The translations under genes and the position numbers were made by a program. Below are positions 61,578-64,000 of a stretch of DNA of 64,000 bases, piece after piece. Numbering within the stretch: position 1 is the stretch's first letter; each line of letters opens with the position of its first letter. The stretch comes from Candidatus Geocrenenecus huangii. Lineage in GTDB: Archaea; Thermoproteota; Nitrososphaeria_A; Caldarchaeales; Wolframiiraptoraceae. The stretch lies in NCBI GenBank assembly GCA_023254095.1, contig JALNLM010000001.1:96001-160000 (forward strand), written 5' to 3'. The notes below the pieces were generated by a model. That model searched no databases. It saw nothing but the letters and a program-made list of their open reading frames with translations, and had not been told where the DNA came from.

Positions 61578-63944
61578 ATGAGTTTCTACGCTATCGGTAA
61601 GAGGACTGCTAGAAAAGACTCAGTAGCAAAAGTCACTGGCTGGGAGAAGTATGCCTCAGACATATATCTTCCAAACATGCTTCATGCAAGAGTCCTAAAG
61701 AGCCCTTTCCCCCACGCTATAGTAAAAAAGATCGATACGAGTAGAGCGGAGGAGATGGGGGCCATAGTAGTGACCTTCAAGGATGTACCTGACAAATTAT
61801 TCTGTCCAAGACTTGTAAGCACACCCGATGCAACATACAAGGATTGGAAAGTATTAACAGATAAACCGAAATTCGTTGGAGAACCTATAGCTGCCGTCGC
61901 AGCCGAGACAGAAGAACTAGCACAAATAGCTTTAGAGTCCATCAATGTTGAATATGAATTACTTGAGCCTGTATTCGATGCCCTAGAATCGATGAAAGAA
62001 GGAAAACCAAGGATTCATGACAAGATCATGTTGAATGACAAGATCATAGATATAGAGAACAATGTTGCCTGTAGATTAGAGCTTCAGGAAGGAGACCTAG
62101 AAGAAGCATTCAAGAGATCAGATATAATTATCGAGAGGGAGTTCAGAACGAGTAGAGGATATCACAACCAGCTTGAACCCAAGGTCGCTGTAGTTAACCC
62201 TGAGCCGGACGGAGGCTTAACGATATGGTGTACGACCCAGACCATCCATAACACGAGACTACTGATTAGCGAGATCTTCAACATACCTGTAAGCAAGATC
62301 AATGTCAAGAAACTCGCTCTAGGAGGAGGATTCGGCTCAAGCATACAGACAAACATTGTTGTCCCTATAGCTGTGGCGCTAGCGCTTAAGGCCCGTAGAC
62401 CCGTTAGACTAGCATATACAAAGGAAGAAGACATGCATGAGCATAGCAGCTACCAGATGATCTTCAGATTAAAGATAGGGGTAACGAGAGATGGAAAACT
62501 CACAGGAGGATTCATGGAGAACATAATGGATATAGGTGCACACCAGATCCAGGCCTACCCATTACTTGGAACATGCGCTGGATGGTGGGTATCCTTATAC
62601 AAGCTTCAAGCAATAAAATATGTAGGTGTAGCGATCTACACGAACAAGATACCTTCATGCGCATACAGGGGATACGGCAACCCCCAGGTAACATGGGCCG
62701 TAGAAACGATTATGGATGAGCTGGCGGAAATGCTTGGAATGGATCCCATCGAGTTTAGGCTCAAAAACTATGTAGGCGAAAGAGACCTATTCTGGGGTCA
62801 GGGACCAACAGTAAAATCAATCATCAAGAGCTGCGGAGTAGAGGAAATACTGAAGAAGGGATCCGAATTGATAGGTTGGAAGAATAGACCTAAGCCTGGA
62901 GAACAGAAAGGTAGATTCAGAAGGGGGATAGGGATGGCGAGAGGATACCATACGTCGAGCGCAGGAGCGCCTATACCAAGTCAAGTGATCGATTATTCTG
63001 GAGCAATCCTAAAAGTAAACGAAGATGGGACAGTAGACTACATTACTGGTCTGGTCGATCAGGGTGGAGGGACATTAGAAGCTCATGCAAAAATAATAGC
63101 TGAGGAGCTCGGTTTACCATTAAAGAATGTAAACATTGTTGCCGCGGACTCGCAGACAACGATATACGATGTATGTACACATGCCTCTAGAGGAGTATAT
63201 GCTGGAGGGGGAGCAGCATTAAATGTTGCAAGACAAGTTAAAGAAAAAATATTCAAGTTGGCTTCAACGATCTTAAACGCTTACCCGCATACGTTGAGGA
63301 TACGACCAGATGAAGAGAGGGGTCAAGCAGTAATATACGTTGAGGGGCTACCTGGGAAAGAGATAACGCTCGGAGAGCTTGCAACCCTTGCTAGAATAAA
63401 GAATCTGGGAACGATCGCTGCAGTAGACAGTTTTAGACCTCCAGCCTGCCCACCACACTTTACAGGATACTTTGTTGAAGTATTAGTTGATACAGAGACA
63501 GGCATCGTGAAACCTTTAAAGGTAGTGATAGGCGCGGATGTCGGGACAGTAATAAATCCAGACCTCGCGGAAGGACAGCTCCACGGCGGCTTCATCATGG
63601 GTTGGAGTAGAGCCATTCTCGAAGATTTAAAATACAATGAGGAGATTGGAGATATAGAATGTAGGGGATTCATAATCGATTATAAGATGCCTACTGCTGC
63701 AGACATACCAGAAGAGATCAAGACATTCTTTGTAGAAACCTATGAGCCTACAGGACCCTTCGGAGCAAAAGGTTTAGGTGAGGGGGCGCAGAACCCCGCC
63801 ATAGCAGCAATATCTAACGCAATCTATAATGCGACAGGAGTAAGATTTTACGAGTTGCCGATAACCCCTGAGAAACTACTAGAGAAATTAAAAGAAAAAG
63901 AGGGTAGAAAACTTGCTGTGGAGGATGCTGTAAAGCTAACATGA
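61578..63944 (+). CDS. Xanthine dehydrogenase-family molybdopterin-binding large subunit
   Basis: GGGFG, AYRGYGNPQ, HASRG loop, GAKGLGE; lacks the CODH AYxCSFR loop. Confidence 0.92.
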   Translation: MSFYAIGKRTARKDSVAKVTGWEKYASDIYLPNMLHARVLKSPFPHAIVKKIDTSRAEEMGAIVVTFKDVPDKLFCPRLVSTPDATYKDWKVLTDKPKFVGEPIAAVAAETEELAQIALESINVEYELLEPVFDALESMKEGKPRIHDKIMLNDKIIDIENNVACRLELQEGDLEEAFKRSDIIIEREFRTSRGYHNQLEPKVAVVNPEPDGGLTIWCTTQTIHNTRLLISEIFNIPVSKINVKKLALGGGFGSSIQTNIVVPIAVALALKARRPVRLAYTKEEDMHEHSSYQMIFRLKIGVTRDGKLTGGFMENIMDIGAHQIQAYPLLGTCAGWWVSLYKLQAIKYVGVAIYTNKIPSCAYRGYGNPQVTWAVETIMDELAEMLGMDPIEFRLKNYVGERDLFWGQGPTVKSIIKSCGVEEILKKGSELIGWKNRPKPGEQKGRFRRGIGMARGYHTSSAGAPIPSQVIDYSGAILKVNEDGTVDYITGLVDQGGGTLEAHAKIIAEELGLPLKNVNIVAADSQTTIYDVCTHASRGVYAGGGAALNVARQVKEKIFKLASTILNAYPHTLRIRPDEERGQAVIYVEGLPGKEITLGELATLARIKNLGTIAAVDSFRPPACPPHFTGYFVEVLVDTETGIVKPLKVVIGADVGTVINPDLAEGQLHGGFIMGWSRAILEDLKYNEEIGDIECRGFIIDYKMPTAADIPEEIKTFFVETYEPTGPFGAKGLGEGAQNPAIAAISNAIYNATGVRFYELPITPEKLLEKLKEKEGRKLAVEDAVKLT

Positions 63945-63960
63945 AAGCAGAGGTGGTTTA

Positions 63961-64000
63961 ATGAGGGCAGATTATGTAAACCTCGTCAATACACATACAG
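63961..64000 (+). CDS. 5' fragment of next gene (MRADYVNLVNTHT...), product unknown
   Basis: GAGGTGG SD then ATG; frame open to window end. Confidence 0.45.
   Translation, partial: MRADYVNLVNTHT

Overview
Archaeal chromosomal segment; a TACK/Aigarchaeota-like thermophile is my inference from gene content and style, not tested. It is mostly housekeeping: primase/GINS, ligase, three aminoacyl-tRNA synthetases, FtsZ, aconitase, modified-pterin biosynthesis, KEOPS kinase, H+-PPase, 2-oxoacid:ferredoxin oxidoreductase, rpl22-rps3-rpl29, a CydAA'-type bd oxidase, peroxiredoxin, LrpA, a KaiC-like ATPase and a molybdo-hydroxylase cluster. Reading beyond the ORF track adds a cdrS-like RHH gene overlapping ftsZ, a C/D-box guide RNA predicted to target 23S Gm2251, tRNA-Cys with an adjacent decayed LAGLIDADG islet and an att-like repeat, a complete IS6 (17-bp TIRs, 8-bp TSD), an IS5 scar, a zinc-ferredoxin pseudogene, a 37-aa membrane smORF and a palindromic operator shared by lrpA and cydA. 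Most unusual: metG and pheS have no in-frame ATG/GTG/TTG at their apparent N-termini, there is a wHTH fused to a Cys-less TusA-like domain, and herA-nurA occur without mre11/rad50. All product calls come from motif recognition by eye; no searches were run.
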